A stretch of DNA of 64,000 nt from Stappia sp. (GTDB lineage: Bacteria > Pseudomonadota > Alphaproteobacteria > Rhizobiales > Stappiaceae): positions 17,150 through 81,149 of the forward strand of contig NZ_JBLXFR010000008.1 in NCBI RefSeq assembly GCF_048261845.1, read 5' to 3'. Positions 39,919 through 48,795 of this stretch are shown in pieces. The notes below the pieces were generated by a model. That model searched no databases and had not been told where the DNA came from. It saw only the letters and a program-made list of their open reading frames with translations. Position 1 is the stretch's first letter. Every line of letters starts with the position of its first letter. The position numbers and the translations under genes are program-made.

Positions 39919-40674
39919 ATGACACACGCGGGACGACACCTTGCGGCGACTGCGGCCGCCCTGCTGGCGTTCACCCTGGCGGCGTTGGCGCCTCGCACGA
40001 CCGCTGCCGAGATGGCTGTCGATCTGGAGCTCGTTCTTGCGGTCGACGCGTCGGCAAGCGTCGACGAGACTGAGTTCTCCTTGCAGATGAACGGGATTGC
40101 CGCCGCCTTCCGCTCTCGCGAGGTACAGGAGGCTATCGCTTCCGGACCTGCCGGCAGGATCGCGGTGGCGCTGGCCGTGTGGGCCGAGGCGGAACGCCCT
40201 GCGGACCTCACTCCCTTCCACCTCGTGCGCGATGGCGCGTCGGCAAGCTATTTCGCCAGCGCAGTTGAGGCCTGGCCGCGACGCGTCAATGGCGGTACCG
40301 GGATCGGTGCCGGTCTCGCCCATGCGATGCGGCATTTCGACCGAAACGGATACGCCGGCCGCAGGCGCGTCGTCGACGTCTCGGGAGACGGCCGGGAAAC
40401 GCCCCCGCGCGACTATGTGGTGCTGATCGAGACCGCGCGCGGCATGGCGCTGGGGCGAGGCATCATCATCAACGGGCTCGCCATCGAGAACGAGGACCGA
40501 GGCCTTGCGCAGTGGTATCGCGACAATGTCGCGGTCGGTCCGCGCAGTTTCGTCATGTCGGTCGCCCGTTATGAGGATTTCGCGGCCGCCATGCGCCGCA
40601 AGCTGATCCGCGAGATCGAGGACCGGCCTCCGCTGGCAGCCGTAGCGCCGGGCGCAACCGCCAGCGAACGGTGA
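39919..40674 (+). CDS. DUF1194 (vWA-like) secreted protein
   Basis: Signal peptide; DLELVLAVDASASVD (MIDAS-like DxSxS), IDVSGDG-like VDVSGDG, INGLAI. Confidence 0.85.
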   Translation: MTHAGRHLAATAAALLAFTLAALAPRTTAAEMAVDLELVLAVDASASVDETEFSLQMNGIAAAFRSREVQEAIASGPAGRIAVALAVWAEAERPADLTPFHLVRDGASASYFASAVEAWPRRVNGGTGIGAGLAHAMRHFDRNGYAGRRRVVDVSGDGRETPPRDYVVLIETARGMALGRGIIINGLAIENEDRGLAQWYRDNVAVGPRSFVMSVARYEDFAAAMRRKLIREIEDRPPLAAVAPGATASER

Positions 40675-40680
40675 CGGGTC

Positions 40681-42759
40681 CTATTCGGCCGCCTGGGTGC
40701 GCGGCTTGATCACCGGCTCCATGTTCGAAAGCTCCGCAGGATCGAGGTGACAGAGGATGCGGTGTCCATCGCCGAAGCTGCGCAGCGGCGGCAGGTCGAC
40801 ATCGCATGTACCCGGGATCATGTAGGGGCAGCGCGTGGAGAACGGACATCCCTTTGGCGGGTTCGATGGCGAAGGAATTTCCCCCTTCAGCACGATGTGC
40901 CTCTTCTCCACCCTGGTGTCGGCGATCGGGACGGCGGCGAGCAGCGCCTCAGTGTAAGGATGGTAGGGCGGCGCGAAAATCTCCTCCGTCGTCCCCTGTT
41001 CCATGATCCGGCCGAGATACATGACGACGATCCGGTCGGCTAGATAGCGCACCACCGAAAGGTCGTGGCTGATGAACAGCATCGTCGTGCGGTTCTCGCG
41101 CTGGATGTCCATCAGCAGCTCGGTCACCGCCGCCTGAACGGACACGTCAAGCGCCGAGACCGGTTCGTCGGCGATCACCACCTTCGGATTGCCGGCAAAG
41201 GCGCGGGCAATGCCGACGCGCTGCTTCTGTCCGCCGGAAAGCTGGCGCGGCTTGCACCTGACGAAATCGCGCGGCAGCTTCACCGTGTCGAGCAGCCGCA
41301 TGACGATCTCGTTGACCTCGGCCTCGTCTTTGGCGACGCCGAACTTGCGGATCACCCGTCCGATCTGGCTTCCGATCGTGTGCGAGGGATTGAGCGTGTC
41401 GAACGGGTTCTGGAAGACCATCTGGAGTTTCGCGATGGTGGACTTGTCGCGCTTGTCGACCGGCAGGCCACCCAGTTCGACATCGCCGAGCATGACCTTG
41501 CCGTCCGTGGCGTCCTCGAGCCCCATCAGCACCTTGGCGAAGGTCGACTTGCCGCAGCCCGACTCGCCGACGATGGCGACCGTCTCGGCCTCCCGCGCCG
41601 TGAAACTCAGTTTCTCGTTGGCCTTGACCGTGCGCGCAACGCCGCCGGACATGAACAGCCCGCCGTCGTCGATGATGTAATGCTTGGTCATGTTTTCCAC
41701 GGAGAGCACCGTGTCGCCCGGCAGAACCGGCGGTTTCGCCTCGCCCTTGGGCAAATCGCGATCCCAGTCGATCTCCTGGAAGCGCTCGCAGCGCACCTTG
41801 TGATCGTCGTCGCCGGGAACCGGATGCATCTTCAAGGCCCCGACATTGCACAGCCCGTCGCGAAAGAACGTGCAGCGCGGTGCGAAATTGCACCCCTTGG
41901 GCCGTTCGTGCGGCAGGGGCAACTGGCCGGGAATGGCAACCAGCGGATGGGCGTTCTTGTCGGCTCCAGGCAGCGGGATCGAGCCGAAAAGGCCGCGCGT
42001 ATAGGGGTGCCGCATCTCGTCGAAGACATCGTGTATGTCGCCGACCTCAACGGCCTCGCCGGAATACATCACCGTCAACCGGTCGCAGGTCTCCAGGATC
42101 AGGCCAAGATTATGCGAAATATAGATCATCGAGGTGCCGAACTCCTCGGCGATCTCGTTGATCAGCTCGACGATGCCGGCCTCCACGGTGACGTCCAGCG
42201 CCGTTGTGGGTTCGTCAAGCAGCAGCAACTTCGGGTTGGACAGGAGCGCCATGGCGATGACCACGCGCTGCTGCTGGCCGCCGGAGATCTGGTGCGGATA
42301 GGAACCGAGGATGCGTTCGGGGTCCGGCAGGCGGACCTTGGCCAGCATCTCTTTCGCGCGCTGCAGCGCCTCCTTCTCGGAAAGGCCGTCGTGATAGATC
42401 GGAACCTCGGCAAGCTGCGCACCGATCAGCATTGAGGGGTTCAGCGACGCCATCGGCTCCTGATAGACCATGGCGATCTTCGAGCCACGGATCCGGCGCA
42501 GCTCCTCCTCGCTCATGGTGCGCATGTCGCGCCCCTCGAACAGGATCTCGCCGCCCACAATGGCGCCGTTCTTGCCCATGTACTGCATGATCGCGAGTGC
42601 GACCGTCGACTTGCCGCAACCGCTCTCGCCGACGATCCCGTGTGCCTCGCCAGGCATGAGCTTGAGGTTGAAGTCGACGACGGCCGGGATCTCGCCCGCT
42701 CGCGTGTAGTAGGAGATGCAAAGGTTCCGGCACTCCAGAACCGGGGTCTGGTCGCTCAT
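40681..42759 (-). CDS. Fused dipeptide/oligopeptide ABC ATP-binding protein
   Basis: Two GESGCGKST Walker A motifs, SGGQQQR and SGGQKQR, Cys-rich oligopeptide C-terminal extensions. Confidence 0.92.
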   Translation of the reverse strand: MSDQTPVLECRNLCISYYTRAGEIPAVVDFNLKLMPGEAHGIVGESGCGKSTVALAIMQYMGKNGAIVGGEILFEGRDMRTMSEEELRRIRGSKIAMVYQEPMASLNPSMLIGAQLAEVPIYHDGLSEKEALQRAKEMLAKVRLPDPERILGSYPHQISGGQQQRVVIAMALLSNPKLLLLDEPTTALDVTVEAGIVELINEIAEEFGTSMIYISHNLGLILETCDRLTVMYSGEAVEVGDIHDVFDEMRHPYTRGLFGSIPLPGADKNAHPLVAIPGQLPLPHERPKGCNFAPRCTFFRDGLCNVGALKMHPVPGDDDHKVRCERFQEIDWDRDLPKGEAKPPVLPGDTVLSVENMTKHYIIDDGGLFMSGGVARTVKANEKLSFTAREAETVAIVGESGCGKSTFAKVLMGLEDATDGKVMLGDVELGGLPVDKRDKSTIAKLQMVFQNPFDTLNPSHTIGSQIGRVIRKFGVAKDEAEVNEIVMRLLDTVKLPRDFVRCKPRQLSGGQKQRVGIARAFAGNPKVVIADEPVSALDVSVQAAVTELLMDIQRENRTTMLFISHDLSVVRYLADRIVVMYLGRIMEQGTTEEIFAPPYHPYTEALLAAVPIADTRVEKRHIVLKGEIPSPSNPPKGCPFSTRCPYMIPGTCDVDLPPLRSFGDGHRILCHLDPAELSNMEPVIKPRTQAAE

Positions 42760-42772
42760 GACGGTCCCTTCC

Positions 42773-43792
42773 TCAGTCACGCAGGCTCATTTCCCTGAGG
42801 CCGTCGGCCATCAGGTTGAAGCCGAGAATGAGGCTCGAAACCGATAGCGCCGGCACGAGCAGCATGTAGGAGAACTTCCACAGCATCGCCGTCTTGGCGC
42901 TTTCGCGGATCATCAGGCCCCAGTCGGGATCCGGCGGCTGCAGGCCGAGACCAAGGAAGGTCAGGGTCGTGATCGCCACCGTTGTGTAGCCGAGCCGCAG
43001 GCAGGCATCGACGATGATCGGACCGCGCACGTTCGGCAGCAGTTCGAAGATCATGATGTAGAGCGGATGCTCTCCGCGCGTCTGGGCGGCGAAGACATAG
43101 TCCCGCGTCTTGATGTCGAGTGCGAGGCCCCGGACGATGCGCATGATCGCCGGCGCCGACGCGAAGGTCACCGCCACGACGATGTTGAACCCTGATGGCC
43201 CCAGATAATTCAGGATGACGATGAACAGCACCATCACCGGAAACGACAGCAGCACATTGGCCGCGAAGGAGATGATCTCGTCCCACCAGCCGCTCAGGTA
43301 GCCGGAGATCAGCCCGAAAAGTGCCCCCACCACATAGGCGACCAGGGTCGCCGTGACGCCCCAGACCAGCACCCTCTGACAGCCCCAGATCATCCGGGAC
43401 AGCATGTCTCGGCCTTTGAAATCCGTGCCGAGCCAGAAAAAGATGTCCTTCCGTTCCGTGAACGGCGTGGTGAAGGGGGCGATCGGCTTGTTCGGGTCGA
43501 GAAGCGGCAGGTAAGGCGCGCTCACCGCCATCAGCAGCCAGAAGAAGACCAGCGTCAGTCCGATCACCGCGACCCAGCTTTCGCGGAAGGCGCGAATGCC
43601 CAGAATATAAAGGAGCAAGGTCGCCGGAATGGCTGGCAGAAGCACGGTATGTGCATTTTTTCCGATGCTCTGGCCGAACATGACATAGGCCATCAGCGGC
43701 AGCCACATGAGCAGCAGCAGCGCGATCACCGGCTTGGGCCGCGACAGGCGGGACAGGAAAGGCGTGGATGCCTGGATATCGGTCACTGCCAT
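42773..43792 (-). CDS. Peptide/nickel ABC permease (DppC-like)
   Basis: LGTDFKGRDMLSR, ELLPNVRGP, LTFLGLGLQPPDPDWG. Confidence 0.92.
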   Translation of the reverse strand: MAVTDIQASTPFLSRLSRPKPVIALLLLMWLPLMAYVMFGQSIGKNAHTVLLPAIPATLLLYILGIRAFRESWVAVIGLTLVFFWLLMAVSAPYLPLLDPNKPIAPFTTPFTERKDIFFWLGTDFKGRDMLSRMIWGCQRVLVWGVTATLVAYVVGALFGLISGYLSGWWDEIISFAANVLLSFPVMVLFIVILNYLGPSGFNIVVAVTFASAPAIMRIVRGLALDIKTRDYVFAAQTRGEHPLYIMIFELLPNVRGPIIVDACLRLGYTTVAITTLTFLGLGLQPPDPDWGLMIRESAKTAMLWKFSYMLLVPALSVSSLILGFNLMADGLREMSLRD

Positions 43793-43810
43793 GGGGTGTG
43801 TCTCCGGGGC

Positions 43811-44761
43811 TCAGGCAAATCGGATGCGCGGGTTCAGGAAGGTGTAGCCGATGTCGGAAATGATCTGCGACACGACGGCAACGGCAACGGCAACCAGGGT
43901 GCAGGCCTGAACCACCTCGACGTCGGGGAAGAGGGCTGCCTCCAGCAGAAGCTTGCCGAAACCGTCATATTCGAAGAACACCTCGACCACGACAACGCCC
44001 GACAGCAACCAGTTGAGCTGCAGCACGATCAGCGTGAAGGGGGCGATCAGCGCATTGCGGAGCGCGTGTTTCATCACCACGCGGCGATAGGGAATGCCCT
44101 TCAGGATGGCGGTGCGGATATATTGCGAGGTCATCACCTCCGCCATGGAAGCGCGCGTCATGCGCGCCACATAGCCGAAGTCGTAGATCACCAGCGTCAG
44201 CACCGGCAGCACCAGTTCGCGAAAGTCGAACCCGCCGATCATGGCCGACTTGACCGGCAGCCAGCCGAGCCCGAGCGCGAAGACAATGGTCAGCAGGATG
44301 GCGCTCGCGATCTCCGGAATGCTGGTGGTGAAGACTGATATGAAAGAGATCGACCGGTCCTGGAGAGACCCTTCCTTCATGCCGGCGAGAACGCCCAGCA
44401 CCAGCGATATCGGGATCATCAGGGCGAAAACGAAGAAGGCGAGAATGCCGGTATTCGCCAGCCGGTCCGCCAGAAGCGGCGCGACAGGCCGGTTCTTCTC
44501 AAAGGAAAATCCGAGATCCCCGGTCAGGATATTGCCGACCCAGTTGGCGTAGCGTTGATAGAACGGCACGTCGAGCCCGCGAGCGGCAAGCCAGTCCTGG
44601 TAGCTGTCCTCGGTAAGCGCTGAAACAGCGAACCCGCCCAGTTCCTGTACGGCGAGCCGTTTCTTGAACTCTGGCGTATCGAAAATCGCAAAGAGCAACA
44701 GTGACGAGACGGCCATGATCAGAACCATCTGAACCAGTCGTCTCAGAACAAGTTTCAGCAT
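43811..44761 (-). CDS. Peptide/nickel ABC permease (DppB-like)
   Basis: GDLGFS, RMTRASMAEV, HALRNAL, VVVEVFF. Confidence 0.92.
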   Translation of the reverse strand: MLKLVLRRLVQMVLIMAVSSLLLFAIFDTPEFKKRLAVQELGGFAVSALTEDSYQDWLAARGLDVPFYQRYANWVGNILTGDLGFSFEKNRPVAPLLADRLANTGILAFFVFALMIPISLVLGVLAGMKEGSLQDRSISFISVFTTSIPEIASAILLTIVFALGLGWLPVKSAMIGGFDFRELVLPVLTLVIYDFGYVARMTRASMAEVMTSQYIRTAILKGIPYRRVVMKHALRNALIAPFTLIVLQLNWLLSGVVVVEVFFEYDGFGKLLLEAALFPDVEVVQACTLVAVAVAVVSQIISDIGYTFLNPRIRFA

Positions 44762-44844
44762 GTGTGCCCACCGTGTCCGGCATCACGCCCCCGCAAGTTC
44801 GCGGCGTGACGACCCTCCCCTGACCTCAGGAGCCTGAACGGAAA

Positions 44845-44876
44845 CCGCGCGGCTCCCCTGCTGGGAAACCGCGCGG
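44845..44876 (-). other. Intercistronic hairpin after the solute-binding gene
   Basis: Minus-strand RNA CCGCGCGGUUUCCC-AGCA-GGGGAGCCGCGCGG forms 14 bp with two G.U pairs. Confidence 0.65.
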
Positions 44877-44886
44877 CACAACTGTC

Positions 44887-46578
44887 TCAACCCATCCAGA
44901 CTTTGTTGAACTGGTGATACTGGGTCGGATGAGCCGGATAGCCATGCACCGACTTGGACGCCATGCAGTACACCGGGCGCCAGATCGGCATCACCATAAC
45001 GGCCGCGTCCTGCAGGATCTTGGAGGCCTTGGCGAGCAGTCCCTTGCGCTTCTCGACATCGAGCGTTGCTTCAGCCGCGTCCAGAGCGGCATCGAACTCC
45101 GGCGAGGCAAAGCCGGACTCGTTCCACGGCACGCCCGACCGGTAGCCGAGCGACATCACCATGGTGCCGAGCGGACGGTGGGTCCAGGCAGTGGCGCCGA
45201 ACGGCGTCTTGGTCCAGATCTCCCAGTATTTGGAAGCCGGAATGACGTTGATGTTCAGCGTGATCCCCGCATCCTGAAGCTGGTCGCGCATGGCTTCGGC
45301 GACGGTCTGGTGCCAGGGGCCGTCCGTGTTGCCGACATCAATCGTGATCGTGATGCCGTCGGGATGGCCGGCTTCGGCAAGGAGAGCCTTGGCCCCCTCG
45401 ACGTCGCGGGTGAGCGGCGGCAGAGCCTCGTAATCGGGATGTACCGGCGCGACATGGTAGTTCTCGCCGATGTCACCGCCCTCGGGATAGACCAGCGGCT
45501 TGATCGTGGCGTTGTCGATGGCCATCGCCACAGCCTTGCGAACACGCTCGTCGTCGAAGGGCTTGGCGTCGACCCGCATCCGGCAGCACAGGCACTGCGC
45601 GGTGCGCGCGGCGATGATGTTGCCGTCAATGGCCTTGGCCAGCTCCATCTGCTCGACACCGAAGTCGTAGATGGCATCGACGCTCTGGCCGGCGAAGGCG
45701 GTCAGCTGGTTGTCGGCGTCGAAATTGTAATAGTGGATCTCGTCGAGGAAGACCGTGCCGCCCCAATACTCGAACGGCTGGCCGCCGGCCTCCGTCACCC
45801 GCTTGAGGATGCAGCGGTCGCCCACGACATTCTCGGTGATGGTGAACGGGCCCGTGCCGATCAGCGCATTGTCAAGCGGCGGGGTGAAGCCGCGATGCAC
45901 GATGGCCGTCGGATAGTTGTACATGTCCTCTGGGAAGGACAGCACCGGCTTCGTCAGGTTGAAGCGGATCGTGTGGTCGTCGATCACCTCGATGGAGCCG
46001 TCGATCAGCTTTTTCTTGCCGTCCACTTCCTCGACCATGGCGGACACCGACGACAGGCCGATATTGGACGAACCGACTTCCGGGTTGGTCCAGCGTTCGA
46101 AATTGAACTTCACGTCCTCGGCGGTGAAATCATCGCCGTTGTGCCACTTCACGCCCTTGCGCAGGCGAAAGGTCCAGGTTTTGAGATCTTCGGAGGCTTC
46201 CCAGCCCTCCGCCAGCATGGGCCGGGTCACGTTGTCCGGACCGGTCATCGCCAGATACTCGAGCATGTGGCGTGTCTGGTTGGAGGCCTGCGTCCAGGAG
46301 AATGTCGCGGGGTCGTCGATCTTCTGGACCTGCATCGCGACTTTCAGGATGCCGCCTGATTTCGCGCCCGCGTCATCTGCCGGGAACGGCAGGTTTGCCG
46401 CATCCTGCGCGACCGCCGGGTTCGGCAGGCCGGCCATTGCGTAGGCTGCCCCGGCCCCGACGCCGAGCAAGGCGGCATAACGGACGAACTCGCGTCGGCT
46501 CAACTTGCCGCCATCCATCTGCTCGCGGGCTTCCCGGACCTTCGGATGCAGTGTGTTCGATGTATCGTTGGTCGACAT
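44887..46578 (-). CDS. Family 5 ABC substrate-binding protein with Tat signal
   Basis: LSRREFV twin-arginine motif; WTFRLRKGVKWHNG, IGTGPF, FDDERVRKA. Confidence 0.9.
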   Translation of the reverse strand: MSTNDTSNTLHPKVREAREQMDGGKLSRREFVRYAALLGVGAGAAYAMAGLPNPAVAQDAANLPFPADDAGAKSGGILKVAMQVQKIDDPATFSWTQASNQTRHMLEYLAMTGPDNVTRPMLAEGWEASEDLKTWTFRLRKGVKWHNGDDFTAEDVKFNFERWTNPEVGSSNIGLSSVSAMVEEVDGKKKLIDGSIEVIDDHTIRFNLTKPVLSFPEDMYNYPTAIVHRGFTPPLDNALIGTGPFTITENVVGDRCILKRVTEAGGQPFEYWGGTVFLDEIHYYNFDADNQLTAFAGQSVDAIYDFGVEQMELAKAIDGNIIAARTAQCLCCRMRVDAKPFDDERVRKAVAMAIDNATIKPLVYPEGGDIGENYHVAPVHPDYEALPPLTRDVEGAKALLAEAGHPDGITITIDVGNTDGPWHQTVAEAMRDQLQDAGITLNINVIPASKYWEIWTKTPFGATAWTHRPLGTMVMSLGYRSGVPWNESGFASPEFDAALDAAEATLDVEKRKGLLAKASKILQDAAVMVMPIWRPVYCMASKSVHGYPAHPTQYHQFNKVWMG

Positions 46579-47102
46579 GGGTCTGTCTCCCCTCCGTATG
46601 TTCGAATGTATGTCGATATTGTTTCGCCGGTCGCGCGGAGCATTTTCATCGCGCGGTCGCGCCGCCAATCGGCACCGGTGCCGGGCGGAAACCTACGCGC
46701 GGACAATATGCTCGCTCGCATATCTCGCGCATACGGCCAACGCCCGCCTGTCCAGACCCTCCCCCTCGGCTGATCCTTGGTGTGATGCAGGAGACAGTCC
46801 CGCCGGAACGGAACCTGCCCCGTCAGGCTAGCAGCCTAACACGCATTTCGGCCGGATTGGCAAAGCCTTGCCAGCATTTTTTTGGTTCACCCGACAGGCA
46901 TGTCGGTATCGAACAACGGCTGGTCGCATAAATGATATCGCCTTTCCCTTGTTGGCGGGTCTAGGCTCCACGAAACGATCGCGTATAGGAGCGCGCAGGA
47001 ACTCGGAAAACCGGGCATTTTGCTTGGCGGTTTCGAGGGCAGGACCGTCTTATTCAAGATTCCCGAGAAAGACGACTTCCAGAAACCGGAAAGCCGCCGA
47101 TC

Positions 47103-48692
47103 ATGACAAGCAGTGACGACATTCGGGCATCCGCCCCAGAGACGGCCGAGACACCTCTCAGGCGCCGCGGACGCAGGGGCGGCCGGGATGGCGGAAGCGG
47201 CGACACACCGATCGGGCAGAAGCCCTTTCGCGCAAGAAGAAATCCGTTTCAGCCTGTCGCTTGCGTGTCGGCTGACGAGCTTGAATCCATCCACAACGCC
47301 TCGCTCGACGTGCTGGAAAATATCGGGATCGATTTTATCAACTCCGAGGCAAAGGCGATCCTCGCCGCCGCTGGCGTCGAAATTCCTGCATCCGGAGACC
47401 GAATCCGCATGGATCGTGGTCTGGTCCTGGAGGCCCTGGCGCAGGCGCCGGCCGAATTCACCCTGCATGCCCGCAACCCTGCTCACAACCTGCGCGTCGG
47501 CGGCGACAGTGTCATCTGGAGCGGTGTGGCCAGCGCCCCCAACTGCGCGGACGCTGCCGGTGGCCGCAGGCCGGGCAGCCAGGAGGACTTCCGCGACTTC
47601 GTCCGCCTCAGCCAGGTATTCAATGTCATCGACCTCAACGGCGGTTATCCGGTGGAGCCCGTGGACCTGCATGCGAGCGTTCGCCATCTCGACTGCATCA
47701 GCGACTTCGTCACGCTGACCGACAAGGCGTTCCACATCTACTCGCTTGGCCGGGAGCGCAATCTCGACGGCATGGAGATTGCCCGTATCGCACTTGGACT
47801 GACAGATGAAGAATTTTCCAAAACACCTTGTACAATATCGATAATCAACTCTTCATCACCGTTGCGTCTCGACACGCCCATGCTGCAGGGGATCATCGAG
47901 ATGTCACGCCGCGGCCAGCCGATCGTGCTGACGCCCTTCACCCTTGCCGGTGCAATGGCTCCGGTGACGATCGCCGGCGCGCTTGTGCAGCAGAACGCGG
48001 AAGCGCTGGCGGGCCTCGCCTTCGCGCAGATCGTCAAGCCCGGCGCGCCCATCGTCTATGGCGGGTTCACCTCGAATGTCGACATGAAGTCGGGGGCTCC
48101 CGCCTTCGGCACTCCGGAATACATGCAAGCCGCCCTTGTCGGTGGCCAGCTCGCCCGGCGCTATGACATCCCCTACCGCTCATCGGCCGTCTGCGCTGCC
48201 AACTCTCCCGACGCGCAGGCCGCCTACGAAACCGTTTTCTCGCTCTGGGGCGCGTTGATGGGCGGCGCCAATTACATCAAGCACGCAGCCGGATGGCTGG
48301 AAGGCGGCCTGACTGCGGGGTTCGAGAAATTCATCATCGACATCGATCTGCTGCAGATGGCCGACGCATTCCTGCAACCGCTCGATGTCTCCACCGAGGC
48401 GCTTGCGGTCGACGCGATCCGCGATGTCGGGCCTGGTGGCCACTTCTTTGGAACCGCCCACACCCAATCCCGCTACAAGACCGCATTTTATCCGCCGATC
48501 ATCTCGGACTGGCGCAATTTCGAGACATGGCAGGAGGCCGGGTCTCCTACCGCCTATGACAAGGCACAGAAACTCCACAAGACCGCCCTGGCGGAATACG
48601 AGGCACCGCCGCTGGATCCCGCCATCGCCGAGGAACTGGCAAGCTTCGTCGCAAGGCGGAAGGCGGAAGGCGGCGCGCCGACCGATTTCTGA
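47103..48692 (+). CDS. Trimethylamine methyltransferase (MttB) family, non-pyrrolysine
   Basis: IHNASLDVLENIG, SSPLRLD, PVTIAGAL, KSGAPAFG, DAQAAYE, GPGGHFFG. No in-frame TAG. Confidence 0.9.
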   Translation: MTSSDDIRASAPETAETPLRRRGRRGGRDGGSGDTPIGQKPFRARRNPFQPVACVSADELESIHNASLDVLENIGIDFINSEAKAILAAAGVEIPASGDRIRMDRGLVLEALAQAPAEFTLHARNPAHNLRVGGDSVIWSGVASAPNCADAAGGRRPGSQEDFRDFVRLSQVFNVIDLNGGYPVEPVDLHASVRHLDCISDFVTLTDKAFHIYSLGRERNLDGMEIARIALGLTDEEFSKTPCTISIINSSSPLRLDTPMLQGIIEMSRRGQPIVLTPFTLAGAMAPVTIAGALVQQNAEALAGLAFAQIVKPGAPIVYGGFTSNVDMKSGAPAFGTPEYMQAALVGGQLARRYDIPYRSSAVCAANSPDAQAAYETVFSLWGALMGGANYIKHAAGWLEGGLTAGFEKFIIDIDLLQMADAFLQPLDVSTEALAVDAIRDVGPGGHFFGTAHTQSRYKTAFYPPIISDWRNFETWQEAGSPTAYDKAQKLHKTALAEYEAPPLDPAIAEELASFVARRKAEGGAPTDF

Positions 48693-48795
48693 TCCTTCTC
48701 CGTTTTCGGGTGACGCCGGCCTCTCGCCGGTCGACACTGGCGGCGAAGGACTTCCCGACAGACTGACAACCGGCAAACCGGAAGGACGAGACGGA

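Noticed and set aside
42110-42120. TTATGCGAAAT, a XerC-arm-like 11-mer
   Set aside because: It lies inside the ABC ATPase coding sequence (YISHNLG) and has no XerD arm at 6-bp spacing.
46787-46828. Glycine-riboswitch-like words (GGAGA...CGCCG...TCAGG) upstream of the MttB gene
   Set aside because: Only a loose match, lacking CCGAAG and CTCTCAGG, with no second aptamer. An Rfam scan is needed.
46857-46873. Sigma54 -24/-12 promoter
   Set aside because: GG and GC are separated by 9 nt on both strands instead of the required 10.
47103-48692. Pyrrolysine-containing MttB
   Set aside because: The frame has no internal TAG and no pyl genes are present.
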